DNA of 30,956 bases from positions 1 through 30,956 of the IMG/VR virus record IMGVR_UViG_3300032234_000483; one strand, given 5' to 3'. Both the position numbers and the translations under genes were made by a program. Below, in pieces: positions 1-8,358 of the stretch. The DNA comes from a virus (Duplodnaviria > Caudoviricetes). A model generated the notes under the pieces. It was not told the DNA's origin, searched no databases, and was given only the letters and a program-made list of their open reading frames with translations. The number at the start of each line of letters is the position of its first letter. Within the stretch, counting starts at the first letter, position 1.

Positions 1-1
1 A

Positions 2-139
2 CGCCAAGAGCAGTGGTATGGCACTGGATGGTTAAAAGAGATTGGCGGGGACGACATTGCCAAAGAGCTGAACGAGATACGTAAGCAAGCTCAGGCAGAG
101 TTTTTAAAAGATAGATTTATTTTTGTGCACGTTAAATAG
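2..139 (+). CDS. 3' end of hypothetical protein (truncated by window start)
   Basis: Open frame RQEQWYGTGW...FVHVK ending TAG, followed by SD (GGAGG) of the next gene. Confidence 0.6.
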   Translation, partial: RQEQWYGTGWLKEIGGDDIAKELNEIRKQAQAEFLKDRFIFVHVK

Positions 140-147
140 GAGGATTT

Positions 148-315
148 ATGAACAACGAATTTAAGTGCGTGTGCTGTGGCACTTTGACGTTAAAACAAAA
201 CCAAGTTAAAAACCTAGACGAGGTTTGCCTTGATTGTGAGGATGAAGTTAGGTTTGAATTATCTCAGCCAGTAGACCATTGGCACATTGACGAGGAGTAT
301 AGCTATGACAACTAA
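148..315 (+). CDS. Small putative zinc-ribbon protein (55 aa)
   Basis: Not in ORF track; GGAGG SD; MNNEFKCVCCG...CLDCED has two Cys pairs. Confidence 0.7.
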   Translation: MNNEFKCVCCGTLTLKQNQVKNLDEVCLDCEDEVRFELSQPVDHWHIDEEYSYDN

Positions 316-571
316 GCAACCGATTGGTGCACACGTATGTATCAAATGGCTCGACCAATTACATTTGCCTCATGCCATTGAGGGTGCGTACATATCGTTC
401 GGTGAGTACAACGATGAGACTGAAACCGACGGCTTTGGCAATTACGATGAGCAAATACTGTACTACGCCAACGATGTTGATGAATTAAAACAATTGATGG
501 ATGCAGATAAAACGCCATCTGATTTTATTGTAACTAGCTACGAATTGGAGTATCAGAATGAGCAAATTTAA
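305..571 (+). CDS. Acidic hypothetical protein
   Basis: ATG 305 after GAGGAG SD; overlaps neighbours. Confidence 0.75.
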   Translation: MTTKQPIGAHVCIKWLDQLHLPHAIEGAYISFGEYNDETETDGFGNYDEQILYYANDVDELKQLMDADKTPSDFIVTSYELEYQNEQI

Positions 572-776
572 ACTGCTTGATAACACGAGAGTGAACTGGT
601 CAGACAGACCATTTTATTATGACGAGAATGGTCAGGCACACGCCCAACACTTACACTGGGGTGATGACTACACGCTAGAGGATGGCTCAACCATAGACGA
701 CATGGATGCCATTAGTGAGGGTTTTATCTTGGGTGATGCCGATGAGTACGACTTAAACGAAGAGGAGTGGAACTGA
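558..776 (+). CDS. Very acidic hypothetical protein
   Basis: GGAG SD; D/E-rich; TGATG coupling to next gene. Confidence 0.75.
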   Translation: MSKFKLLDNTRVNWSDRPFYYDENGQAHAQHLHWGDDYTLEDGSTIDDMDAISEGFILGDADEYDLNEEEWN

Positions 777-952
777 TGAAGGTTAAAATGCAACGAGGAT
801 TGGGTGGCATGCGGTACACGTTAGAAGATGGAACAACGACAACGTTTCCAAGTGCATTCACGTTCAACGGCAGGGACTACACATTCTTTGGTAACGTGTG
901 GTACGACCTTGACGACGATTTAATTGACTACATTTTTAGGGAGGTAGCATGA
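776..952 (+). CDS. Hypothetical protein
   Basis: ATG 776 overlapping upstream stop (ORF track uses GTG 767). Confidence 0.7.
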   Translation: MKVKMQRGLGGMRYTLEDGTTTTFPSAFTFNGRDYTFFGNVWYDLDDDLIDYIFREVA

Positions 953-1119
953 GAGAAGTATTCCAAGTGGTCGCATACGACCAAGATGGTGAGCCTGAAG
1001 TGTTAGGCTCTTTTGATAACTTTGACAACGCAGAAGACTTTTATTTAAAATGCGTTGAGGGTGATGACAAGCACGACCCATGCGAGTACATCATTGAGTC
1101 AACAAGCATAGCGGAGTAA
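949..1119 (+). CDS. Acidic hypothetical protein (56 aa)
   Basis: Not in track; GGAGGT SD; ATGA overlap; MREVFQVVAYDQDGE... Confidence 0.7.
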   Translation: MREVFQVVAYDQDGEPEVLGSFDNFDNAEDFYLKCVEGDDKHDPCEYIIESTSIAE

Positions 1120-1121
1120 TT

Positions 1122-1286
1122 ATGAAAAACAAATACATTGTGAAGGGCTCTTACACTCAGCACTTTGAGTGCATCGTTGAGGCTGATAGCGAGGACGAGG
1201 CATACGACCTTGCTCTATCAGGCGAAGAAGATTATGAGAATGGTAACTGCAACCATTGGCAGATTGATAGCATCGAGGTGAAATAA
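1122..1286 (+). CDS. Small acidic protein with VEADSEDEA motif (54 aa)
   Basis: Not in track; GGAG SD; TAATG coupling to 1286. Confidence 0.7.
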   Translation: MKNKYIVKGSYTQHFECIVEADSEDEAYDLALSGEEDYENGNCNHWQIDSIEVK

Positions 1287-1588
1287 TGCAATTAGAAGAC
1301 CATGTAAAGCGTATACTACAATCAAGAGCCAACAGTGTGCTTGCTTTGGAGTATGATGGCTCAGACGATATGTGGCACTATGTCACAGTGCTTGACCGCG
1401 AGTACGGCATCAACGTGTGGGATGCAGACGAGCTTGGTGACGGCACTGAGTCAGGGCTACGCATCACTGTGTACCCAACCGATGACGTGACTGGCAATAC
1501 ACTGTATGACCAGTATGAGAGCCTACACGTTGAACCAGTGGCGTTGCGTATTTGTAAACTAAGACTAAAATTGAAAGGTAGACAATGA
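1286..1588 (+). CDS. Hypothetical protein
   Basis: GAGGT SD; coupled at both ends. Confidence 0.75.
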   Translation: MQLEDHVKRILQSRANSVLALEYDGSDDMWHYVTVLDREYGINVWDADELGDGTESGLRITVYPTDDVTGNTLYDQYESLHVEPVALRICKLRLKLKGRQ

Positions 1589-1749
1589 CTAAAGGTGAGA
1601 TAATCAACAAATTGATTGTTGACAGGGACAATGCCATGGCACTGATTGAAAAAGACCTAGTGAGCGATGACTCCAAGGTAGGACTCGAGGCAGTCGTTGG
1701 CTACATTGAATCATTACTAGAACGCATCAGACAGGGAGGTAAGGTATGA
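1585..1749 (+). CDS. Hypothetical protein (54 aa)
   Basis: Not in track; AAGGT SD; ATGA overlaps at both ends. Confidence 0.65.
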   Translation: MTKGEIINKLIVDRDNAMALIEKDLVSDDSKVGLEAVVGYIESLLERIRQGGKV

Positions 1750-1895
1750 GTTACTACGAAGTTGAGCTTGAGCAGGCGTATGACAAGCTAGAAGACCAGT
1801 ACTGGGAGTTGATTAACTATCTTAAAGTACACGCACCTGCTACACTAGAGGCATTTAAACGCAGACCAATTAAGGAGAATGAAGATGAACTTTGA
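1746..1895 (+). CDS. Hypothetical protein (49 aa)
   Basis: Not in track; GGAGGT SD; MSYYEVELEQAY... Confidence 0.65.
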   Translation: MSYYEVELEQAYDKLEDQYWELINYLKVHAPATLEAFKRRPIKENEDEL

Positions 1896-2256
1896 AGACT
1901 GGGACTACAAGTACAAGCCAGTGTTAAATCACTTGGACAACAACGCATCATTCCAAAACGAAAAGGGCGAAGGCATCATGTTTGAGACTTACGGCGACGA
2001 GTTGCAGTACGTGCTATCAATTGCCAAAACAGAACCTAATCGCGTGTGGACTTACGTTGACGGCGATGAGGGTACGTGGGTTACGAATGGTTATCATTTA
2101 GTCAACCGCATCGGTTACTTTATCACTGAGATACCATACGACGACAAAGACGGCACCGAGCCATTTTTAGACGTTCTGGTGGACTCATACGATGAGTATG
2201 ACCCCGATGAGGACTTACATCCTGCCTTTGACCCAGTGTTAAAGAACGAGGTGTGA
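1879..2256 (+). CDS. Hypothetical phage protein
   Basis: 125-aa ORF with AAGGAG SD (start may be 1885); motifs FETYGDE, VWTYVD, GYHLVNRIGYFITE. Confidence 0.8.
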   Translation: MKMNFEDWDYKYKPVLNHLDNNASFQNEKGEGIMFETYGDELQYVLSIAKTEPNRVWTYVDGDEGTWVTNGYHLVNRIGYFITEIPYDDKDGTEPFLDVLVDSYDEYDPDEDLHPAFDPVLKNEV

Positions 2257-2257
2257 T

Positions 2258-2431
2258 ATGACTAAATATCAAGTTGAGATACCATGCATCGAACACTACC
2301 TTGTCGATGCTGATTCGGCTGAGGACGCGGTGAAACTAATCACCGAGCCTGAAACCGAGGAGGCATTGATTGACCCCTATGACATCACTTACATAGGTGA
2401 AGCCATGGTAAAAGAGGCTAACGTGCAATGA
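2258..2431 (+). CDS. Small acidic protein with VDADSAEDA motif (57 aa)
   Basis: Not in track; GAGGTG SD; resembles 1122-1286. Confidence 0.7.
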   Translation: MTKYQVEIPCIEHYLVDADSAEDAVKLITEPETEEALIDPYDITYIGEAMVKEANVQ

Positions 2432-2607
2432 GGTACAGCACCTACCACGACGGCAAGCATTTTGTATTTGAGGGTGAAGGCGTTAAGGTGAAGGATGCCA
2501 ACGTGCACGCTTTGATGCAAAAGATTAAACGATTGAAGATTGGCATTGAATCAGAAGAGGGTAAGCATGTCACAAAGCAGAGAAGACAGAGAGCGAATAC
2601 TGCATGA
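2428..2607 (+). CDS. Hypothetical protein (59 aa)
   Basis: Not in track; ATGA overlap; fills gap in the gene array. Confidence 0.55.
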   Translation: MRYSTYHDGKHFVFEGEGVKVKDANVHALMQKIKRLKIGIESEEGKHVTKQRRQRANTA

Positions 2608-2743
2608 GATTTTACACATGTGGGAACACTATGACGTTGGCTTGAGTGCACGTGAGAACCTGATTGAGCTCATACTCGAGCTTGGATATCTTGACGATGT
2701 TAAGATTTTATTGCAACGCTACAAAAGACGGAGATACAGATGA
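2567..2743 (+). CDS. Hypothetical protein
   Basis: ATG 2567 after GAGGG SD. Confidence 0.65.
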   Translation: MSQSREDRERILHEILHMWEHYDVGLSARENLIELILELGYLDDVKILLQRYKRRRYR

Positions 2744-2934
2744 AAGATTACAAAGAGTTTTATTCATTCACCAAAAAGTCAATTGAAAACCACGAAGTTG
2801 TCGACAGAGTTGAAACCGAGTTCGAGGCCATCTACTTGGACGACATCATTGAAAGATTCGAGAGCTTTTTGAAAGGCAGTGGTTTCCATTTCAAAGGTCA
2901 CTTACAGATTGTGAACGACGATGAGATACTGTAA
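2740..2934 (+). CDS. Hypothetical phage protein
   Basis: GGAG SD; LDDIIERFESFLKGSGF motif. Confidence 0.75.
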   Translation: MKDYKEFYSFTKKSIENHEVVDRVETEFEAIYLDDIIERFESFLKGSGFHFKGHLQIVNDDEIL

Positions 2935-3193
2935 ACGCACTAGGTTCAACATCATATTTCAACCGCACCGCATTGGATTACCACTGCGATACAAAGGCGT
3001 GCGTCTTACCAAAAAGAAGATGGCAAAGCGAACGACCATGCAAAAAGAACGGCGAGCCAAGGTGGGCGATTGTAACAAGCAGATGAACCGATATGCTATA
3101 ATCACGCGTATCATTTTATTGCGCACATTCACACGCGTAAAACGTGGTTCATCATCCATATTTGTAAAGAGAGCGAGACACTATGCAACTTAG
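2921..3193 (+). CDS. Highly basic hypothetical protein
   Basis: 90-aa R/K-rich ORF overlapping both neighbours; no clear SD. Confidence 0.55.
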   Translation: MRYCKRTRFNIIFQPHRIGLPLRYKGVRLTKKKMAKRTTMQKERRAKVGDCNKQMNRYAIITRIILLRTFTRVKRGSSSIFVKRARHYAT

Positions 3194-3362
3194 ATTTTGG
3201 GTATTTGACGACGGCGAGCTTATTCGCAAATTGGCCTCTGAGATTGAGGCTCAACCTTATCTTGATGCAGGATGCACTCTGACTGTTTTACCAAAAGTCA
3301 AAGAGCAAAAGGTAGACCACTACCAACGAGCCATGAAACTTGTTGGGGAGTGTTTGATTTGA
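3183..3362 (+). CDS. Hypothetical protein (59 aa)
   Basis: Not in track; MQLRFWVFDDGELIRKL...; overlaps neighbours. Confidence 0.6.
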   Translation: MQLRFWVFDDGELIRKLASEIEAQPYLDAGCTLTVLPKVKEQKVDHYQRAMKLVGECLI

Positions 3363-3496
3363 ACCTGATTGCCTACATACTACTATTTATTTGTTTTTGG
3401 GGATTCTCCAACTATGGATTCAACTTTGATTCATTGTTGGCGGGTCTATTTGGCTTTATGATTCTTACCTTAGGAGTGTTACTTGCGAAACGATAA
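3359..3496 (+). CDS. Small membrane protein (two hydrophobic segments)
   Basis: TTG 3359 after GGGGAG SD; LIAYILLFICFWG and LLAGLFGFMILTLGVLLA. Confidence 0.6.
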   Translation: MNLIAYILLFICFWGFSNYGFNFDSLLAGLFGFMILTLGVLLAKR

Positions 3497-4055
3497 GAAC
3501 GCACTATCAGATTATTTGAGAAGTCTTTACGCCGTACCGGTGCTATCACATGAGGAGGAGGCAGAGTTAGCCAAGAAAATAAAAGCAGGCGACCTGATGG
3601 CAAGGGATAAACTTGTGCATCATAATCTCAGGTTTGTCGTATCAGTTGTAAAGAACAACCCTAATTGGATGACGTCCAACGTACCCATGGAAGACTTAAT
3701 TCAATTTGGTAACGAGGGTCTTTTGCTTGCGTCATCGCGATGGGAGCCACAGGGTAACACGTGGTTTTGCAGATACGCTAAACGATTCATTGAAAGCGCA
3801 GTCACTCGCGGTGTTGAGAACACAGGCACCATGATAAGATTGCCAGTCAACATCGGTGAGCAGATGAGAAAGATGCACTACGTTGAGCGCAGGCTCATGC
3901 AAGAGCTTGGCAGGGAGCCAAAGCTACATGAGTTGGCTGATGCGTTGGAAGTGCATGAGAAGCATGTATCAAAATTAAAAGGCATGATTATGCGTGAACC
4001 AGTTAGCTTGGACGCGTACAATCAAGAGAAATTTCAGGAGGAGGGAGATGAGTAA
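3483..4055 (+). CDS. Phage sigma70-family factor, regions 1.2-3, lacking region 4
   Basis: AGGAG SD; YLRSL...EEEAELAKKI..GD..ARDKLVHHNLRFVVSV, DLIQFGNEGL, IRLPV, LGREP, EPVSLD. Confidence 0.9.
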   Translation: MRNDKNALSDYLRSLYAVPVLSHEEEAELAKKIKAGDLMARDKLVHHNLRFVVSVVKNNPNWMTSNVPMEDLIQFGNEGLLLASSRWEPQGNTWFCRYAKRFIESAVTRGVENTGTMIRLPVNIGEQMRKMHYVERRLMQELGREPKLHELADALEVHEKHVSKLKGMIMREPVSLDAYNQEKFQEEGDE

Positions 4056-4179
4056 CACATCCATATCAATTTTAATGTTTGCCGTGGCAATCGTTTTAAT
4101 ACTAGCAGGAAAACAGGGCGCCGATATGTGGGCGGTAGGCGGGTGGATTGTATATGCAATGGGGAACAAGCATGATTGA
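4048..4179 (+). CDS. Small membrane protein
   Basis: GGAGG SD; hydrophobic ISILMFAVAIVLILA. Confidence 0.6.
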   Translation: MSNTSISILMFAVAIVLILAGKQGADMWAVGGWIVYAMGNKHD

Positions 4180-4516
4180 ACTAAGTAAAGAACAAAAACA
4201 GGCGTACGATAGATTCATCAGGGCGCGCGACAGAGTAAAACTTGTGCGTACCAGTACTAACATGAAGTACGAGTGGATACCACACAGGGACTACTTGGAC
4301 TCTGAGAAAAACAACGGACAACACCATCCATTGTTTGAGCCAAATTTAATTTGGGAAGAGTACAAAGAAGCGTCAATGGCTTGGTGGGCTGTTGAGCCAA
4401 AGTTTAGGAACGAGGAGCGTATGCGCATGAGCCGTGGTGACTATGGTCACAGCGATTCATGGGATGACGCACCAAGTGGTGTTAAAGATGTTTTATCTGA
4501 AATTAAAGGAGCATGA
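4172..4516 (+). CDS. Hypothetical protein
   Basis: ATG 4172 after GGGGA SD. Confidence 0.75.
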   Translation: MIELSKEQKQAYDRFIRARDRVKLVRTSTNMKYEWIPHRDYLDSEKNNGQHHPLFEPNLIWEEYKEASMAWWAVEPKFRNEERMRMSRGDYGHSDSWDDAPSGVKDVLSEIKGA

Positions 4517-4517
4517 T

Positions 4518-4712
4518 ATGCCAGTTATTCAACAAGACGTTTATGACAAGGATGGTAACTTAATTAAAATTGAAGTACACGATGAGTCAGGCGAGTTCTT
4601 GATGCAGTTCTTATGGGACGAGCGTGAAGAACAGACCAGTGCAAATCGTGAGGAGTTTCGCAAGTGGGCAATGCGACACTTGCAACAGTCCGGCCACGAG
4701 GTACACAAGTGA
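4518..4712 (+). CDS. Hypothetical protein
   Basis: ATG 4518 after AAGGAG SD. Confidence 0.7.
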   Translation: MPVIQQDVYDKDGNLIKIEVHDESGEFLMQFLWDEREEQTSANREEFRKWAMRHLQQSGHEVHK

Positions 4713-4840
4713 CCGACGAGCGACAAAAGAAGACAACCGAAGAGTACCGCAGTAACTGGGATAGCATCTTCAAAAAGAAACCAATTGAACAACCTAAACA
4801 GGAGAAACAAAATGAAAACACGCCAAGAACTAATCCTTGA
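4709..4840 (+). CDS. Small protein with YxxNWDxIF motif (43 aa)
   Basis: Not in track; GAGGT SD; GTGA overlap; EEYRSNWDSIFKKK. Confidence 0.6.
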   Translation: MTDERQKKTTEEYRSNWDSIFKKKPIEQPKQEKQNENTPRTNP

Positions 4841-4988
4841 TTTTATGATGCAGTTAGCAGGCAACTCAGCCATGACGCCAAGGGACGGAACTTTATCAAC
4901 TGATAGAGTGATTGCCCGCGACATCTTTTTGTTATCAGCCGAGTTGACAGAAAAGTACCTAGCAATTATGGATGGGAGAACACAATGA
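4812..4988 (+). CDS. Hypothetical protein
   Basis: AGGAG SD before ATG 4812. Confidence 0.7.
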   Translation: MKTRQELILDFMMQLAGNSAMTPRDGTLSTDRVIARDIFLLSAELTEKYLAIMDGRTQ

Positions 4989-5197
4989 CAAGCTATGAAA
5001 CCTTTGTGAACAAGTACCACCGCTACCAATATGCACCCCGCACGATGTCAGAGGCGTTCAGGGACGCAGACTATGGTACGGCAATATGGAGGTGTGAGAA
5101 ACCAGACTCATGGCGCTCATACGCGTTTGTTGAGTCTATTGTCATCATGCTATCCTTCGGCATCATCGGATACATGTTGTCGTTTTACCTAAGTTAG
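4985..5197 (+). CDS. Hypothetical protein with C-terminal TM helix
   Basis: GGGAG SD; PRTMSEAFRDADY motif; hydrophobic C-terminus. Confidence 0.7.
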   Translation: MTSYETFVNKYHRYQYAPRTMSEAFRDADYGTAIWRCEKPDSWRSYAFVESIVIMLSFGIIGYMLSFYLS

Positions 5198-5225
5198 TAC
5201 ACACTCACTTAGTCAAAGCCACTAA

Positions 5226-5335
5226 TGTCACCATTGTCATGGTCTAAATGCAGTTTATCTTTATTTTTTGTTTTACTAAGCGTAAGAAAAAAGAAAAAGT
5301 AGGTTTAGACCATGGCAACCCTGACAACCCTGACA
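5226..5335. repeat. Origin-like element: inverted iteron arrays around an AT-rich core
   Basis: TTGTCATGGTCTAAA 5234-5248 vs TTTAGACCATGGCAA 5304-5318 (14/15 inverted); TGTCA at 5226/5235 and TG(A/G)CA at 5313/5322/5331, 9-bp period. Confidence 0.7.
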
Positions 5336-5392
5336 AATGATTACTTTTGGTTATATGGAAATTTTAGATTATTACATTCGGTTATATAGAAG

Positions 5393-5405
5393 TTTGTATA
5401 TATAG
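5393..5405 (+). promoter_or_regulatory. Phage promoter-like motif copy 1 (TTTGTATATATAG)
   Basis: One of 7 copies; upstream of primase-helicase. Confidence 0.8.
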
Positions 5406-5425
5406 TTGTGCAAAGAGAGGATTTA

Positions 5426-7726
5426 ATGAAACCGACATCACTACCAGTAAAACTAGAAAATATCCCCTTGGAACTCAAGCGTATTGCGCGTTGGGTATTG
5501 TGGGATTACATGGAAGTTGGTGAAGAGGGTGCTAAGCGTTGGAGCAAGGTGCCCTTGCAGACCACAGGTAAGACAGCATCAACAAACAACCCTGCAACAT
5601 GGACAGACTTCATGACGGCAGAAGAGGCATACAAAACAGGCAAGTACTCAGGACTTGGCTTTGTGTTCACTCAGGACGATGACCTATGTGGCATCGACTT
5701 GGACGACTGTATTGACGAATGTAACAAATTGTCGGACTTTGCTAACAATATCCTACAAAACGTTACAGGCTACACAGAGGTATCACCATCAGGCACGGGC
5801 ATCAAGATTTTTACACGCTCTGACCTGACCACGGCATTTGTTGACCACGCCAAAGGTTTTGAGGCATACGGTCGCGGTAGGTTCTTCACCATCACAGGCA
5901 ACGTAATGGGTACTGGAGTTATACCTGCAGACAAGCAAGACCTGAGTGGCATAGTGCCTGAGCGCACAATTAAGTCATCAGGCGACGCGTTTGAAGACTT
6001 CTCAATGCCGGTGGAGGGCTATGACATTCACCGAGTTGAGACAGAGATACTTGCTAACTTAGACCCTAACTGCCACTACTCAGAGTGGTTATTAGTTGGT
6101 CAATGCTTGCACCACCAGTTCGATGGTGACATCGAGGCTTGTGATGCATGGGATACATGGAGCTACAACAATGGTAATGCAGAGGACTATCAGGACAAGG
6201 CTTGCTACATCAAGTGGAAGACATTCCGTAAGGGTGGTGGAGCGACGCTACGTTCACTCATCTTCAAAATCAACAGTGGTAAAAAAGCTGAGGCATTGGC
6301 ACGTGGTGAGATTGTCCTTGGGACAGCCCCAATGGAGCACGCGCGTCACTATTTAGAAACACTGCATACTTGTGAAGAGGGCGTAAAGCTAGTTCACTAC
6401 ACGAGTGATTACTTTGTTTACAAAGGAACGCATTATGAAGAAATTGAAGAGGCCACAGTCCGCTCCCAGTTGTACAAGTTCTTGGACAAGTGTAAAAAGC
6501 AAGACCGAAAAGGAAACCTTTTGCCTTTTGCACCGACTCCGACAACAGTATCAGGAGCACTTGATGCAACAAAAGCGCTTGTACACTTACCTAACCACGC
6601 GGGAACTAAACCGCCAGTGTGGCTAGACGAGTACTCAGACAACAAGCCTGATGCGCACAAGTTGATTAGTTTGAAGAACGGCATCTTCCATTTGGAAGAC
6701 AGTGTTCTAATGCCACACTCACTTGGGTTCTTTACCCAAAACAGTTTGCCATTTGAGTACGATGCTAACGCAACGTGCCCAACATGGATAAAGTTCTTAA
6801 ACGATGTGTGGGGGCATGACCAAGAATCAATTGACGCGTTGCAAGAGATGTTTGGATACATCATCTCAGGCGACACACGCCAACAGAAATTCTTTAACAT
6901 CATCGGACCGCGTCGTTCAGGTAAGGGCACCATCAACAAGGTGTTGGTTGAAATTTTAGGTGAGCACAATACAGTGGCGCCGGAACTAGGAGAACTTTGT
7001 GATACCTTTGGTTTACAACCTTGGCTTGGTAAGCTACTTGCTTCTTTTACTGATGCTCGTGCTCCAGAGCGCAACCGCGGTGCTGTTGTATCTCAGCTAT
7101 TGCGTATTGTGGGTGGTGACACTGTTACTGTTAATCGTAAGAACAAAGAGGCGTGGTCAGGATACTTGCCAACACGCATCGTAATTTATTCTAACGAGGT
7201 GTTGCAGTTGACTGAAAACAGTAACGCGTTAACTGGACGTATGATTGTGTTCAAGATGACAAAATCATTCTACGGAAACGAAGACACCGAGTTGTCAGAC
7301 CGCTTGAAGTTAGAGCTGTCAGGCATCTTCAACTGGGCGATGGAAGGATTGAAACGCCGTGTTGCACGTGGCGGTAGATTTATTCAGCCTAAGACTGGTG
7401 TTGAGTTGCTTGAGACCATGGAAGAGTTGTCTAACCCGATTGGCACGTTTGTTGAAGACTCATTGGTGTTCTCACCAGAGCAGTCAGTTGACAAGGACGA
7501 GTTGTTTGCTGTGTTCAAGAAGTGGTGTACTGCGAAGAGCATACCTTATGGTACCGACTTGGTATTCAAGCGCAGGTTCTTAGCAGCCACACAGGACAGA
7601 GCCATCACGTCTGACATGATTCGTACCAATGGTGAGCGTCAACACTTGTATCGTGGTGTAGGACTAAACGCCAAGGCACAGAAGTACATTGACAGCTTGG
7701 GTAACTTTAGAGAGGATATATTTTAA
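5426..7726 (+). CDS. Primase-helicase (AEP primase-polymerase, PriCT-2, D5/P4-type SF3 helicase)
   Basis: GIDLDDC, EVSPSGTG, FFTITG; YSEWLLVG..LH..WDTWS; Walker A GPRRSGKGT, motif C IYSNE; ATG 5426 after GAGG. Confidence 0.92.
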   Translation: MKPTSLPVKLENIPLELKRIARWVLWDYMEVGEEGAKRWSKVPLQTTGKTASTNNPATWTDFMTAEEAYKTGKYSGLGFVFTQDDDLCGIDLDDCIDECNKLSDFANNILQNVTGYTEVSPSGTGIKIFTRSDLTTAFVDHAKGFEAYGRGRFFTITGNVMGTGVIPADKQDLSGIVPERTIKSSGDAFEDFSMPVEGYDIHRVETEILANLDPNCHYSEWLLVGQCLHHQFDGDIEACDAWDTWSYNNGNAEDYQDKACYIKWKTFRKGGGATLRSLIFKINSGKKAEALARGEIVLGTAPMEHARHYLETLHTCEEGVKLVHYTSDYFVYKGTHYEEIEEATVRSQLYKFLDKCKKQDRKGNLLPFAPTPTTVSGALDATKALVHLPNHAGTKPPVWLDEYSDNKPDAHKLISLKNGIFHLEDSVLMPHSLGFFTQNSLPFEYDANATCPTWIKFLNDVWGHDQESIDALQEMFGYIISGDTRQQKFFNIIGPRRSGKGTINKVLVEILGEHNTVAPELGELCDTFGLQPWLGKLLASFTDARAPERNRGAVVSQLLRIVGGDTVTVNRKNKEAWSGYLPTRIVIYSNEVLQLTENSNALTGRMIVFKMTKSFYGNEDTELSDRLKLELSGIFNWAMEGLKRRVARGGRFIQPKTGVELLETMEELSNPIGTFVEDSLVFSPEQSVDKDELFAVFKKWCTAKSIPYGTDLVFKRRFLAATQDRAITSDMIRTNGERQHLYRGVGLNAKAQKYIDSLGNFREDIF

Positions 7727-8358
7727 TGAGTAAAAAATGGCCGTACTACCACGTTGATTGTGGTCACTTTCCAGTGCTGATTAAGTTGTGCTTTTCAAAC
7801 GCAGACTTTCAGCGCATCTTGGAAGACCACGATATCAAACTAAAAGCCACAGCCCTCGATGAGGGTGTGGCCGAGACACACTACCTCTCCGATGGCAAGG
7901 AGGGTATTGTTGTCATGGTGTTTGATTTGGATGAATGTGAAGACGATGAGCCAGCCAACTTGGTTGGCATCGTTGCACACGAGGCCACACACTGCGTGTG
8001 CCGTGTGTTTGAGCACATTGGTGAAGAGGTTGAAGACATTGGTGAAGAGTCAAGAGCGTACCTGACAGAGCACGTTGTAAAACAAATCTGGAAGGGAATT
8101 GAAATGGAGAAAGAGAAACGTGTTAGAGAGGCAGATAGAGCAGTATCTAAACAAAAGGGTAAAAGAACTAAACGGTCTGACGTACAAGTGGATAAGCACA
8201 GTGACGGGGGTGCCGGACAGGATAGTAGTACTCAACAATCGAATCCATCTAGTGGAACTCAAGACGCCGACGGGAGTCGTATCGGAGCGCCAAAAGTTGG
8301 TCTTCAGGCAACTAGAAGAACATGGTCAAAAAGTACACATTCTAAAAAGCAAGTCTGA
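7726..8358 (+). CDS. Putative zincin-like metalloprotein (HExxH)
   Basis: VAHEATHCV...GEESRAYL; TAATG coupling; C-terminal ~80 aa overlap the VRR-NUC gene. Confidence 0.65.
   Translation: MSKKWPYYHVDCGHFPVLIKLCFSNADFQRILEDHDIKLKATALDEGVAETHYLSDGKEGIVVMVFDLDECEDDEPANLVGIVAHEATHCVCRVFEHIGEEVEDIGEESRAYLTEHVVKQIWKGIEMEKEKRVREADRAVSKQKGKRTKRSDVQVDKHSDGGAGQDSSTQQSNPSSGTQDADGSRIGAPKVGLQATRRTWSKSTHSKKQV

Noticed and set aside
4541-5029. 162-aa minus-strand ORF
   Set aside because: Opposes four tightly coupled plus-strand genes with good SDs.
6433-7074. 213-aa minus-strand ORF
   Set aside because: Antisense shadow of the helicase domain; no SD or recognisable motif.
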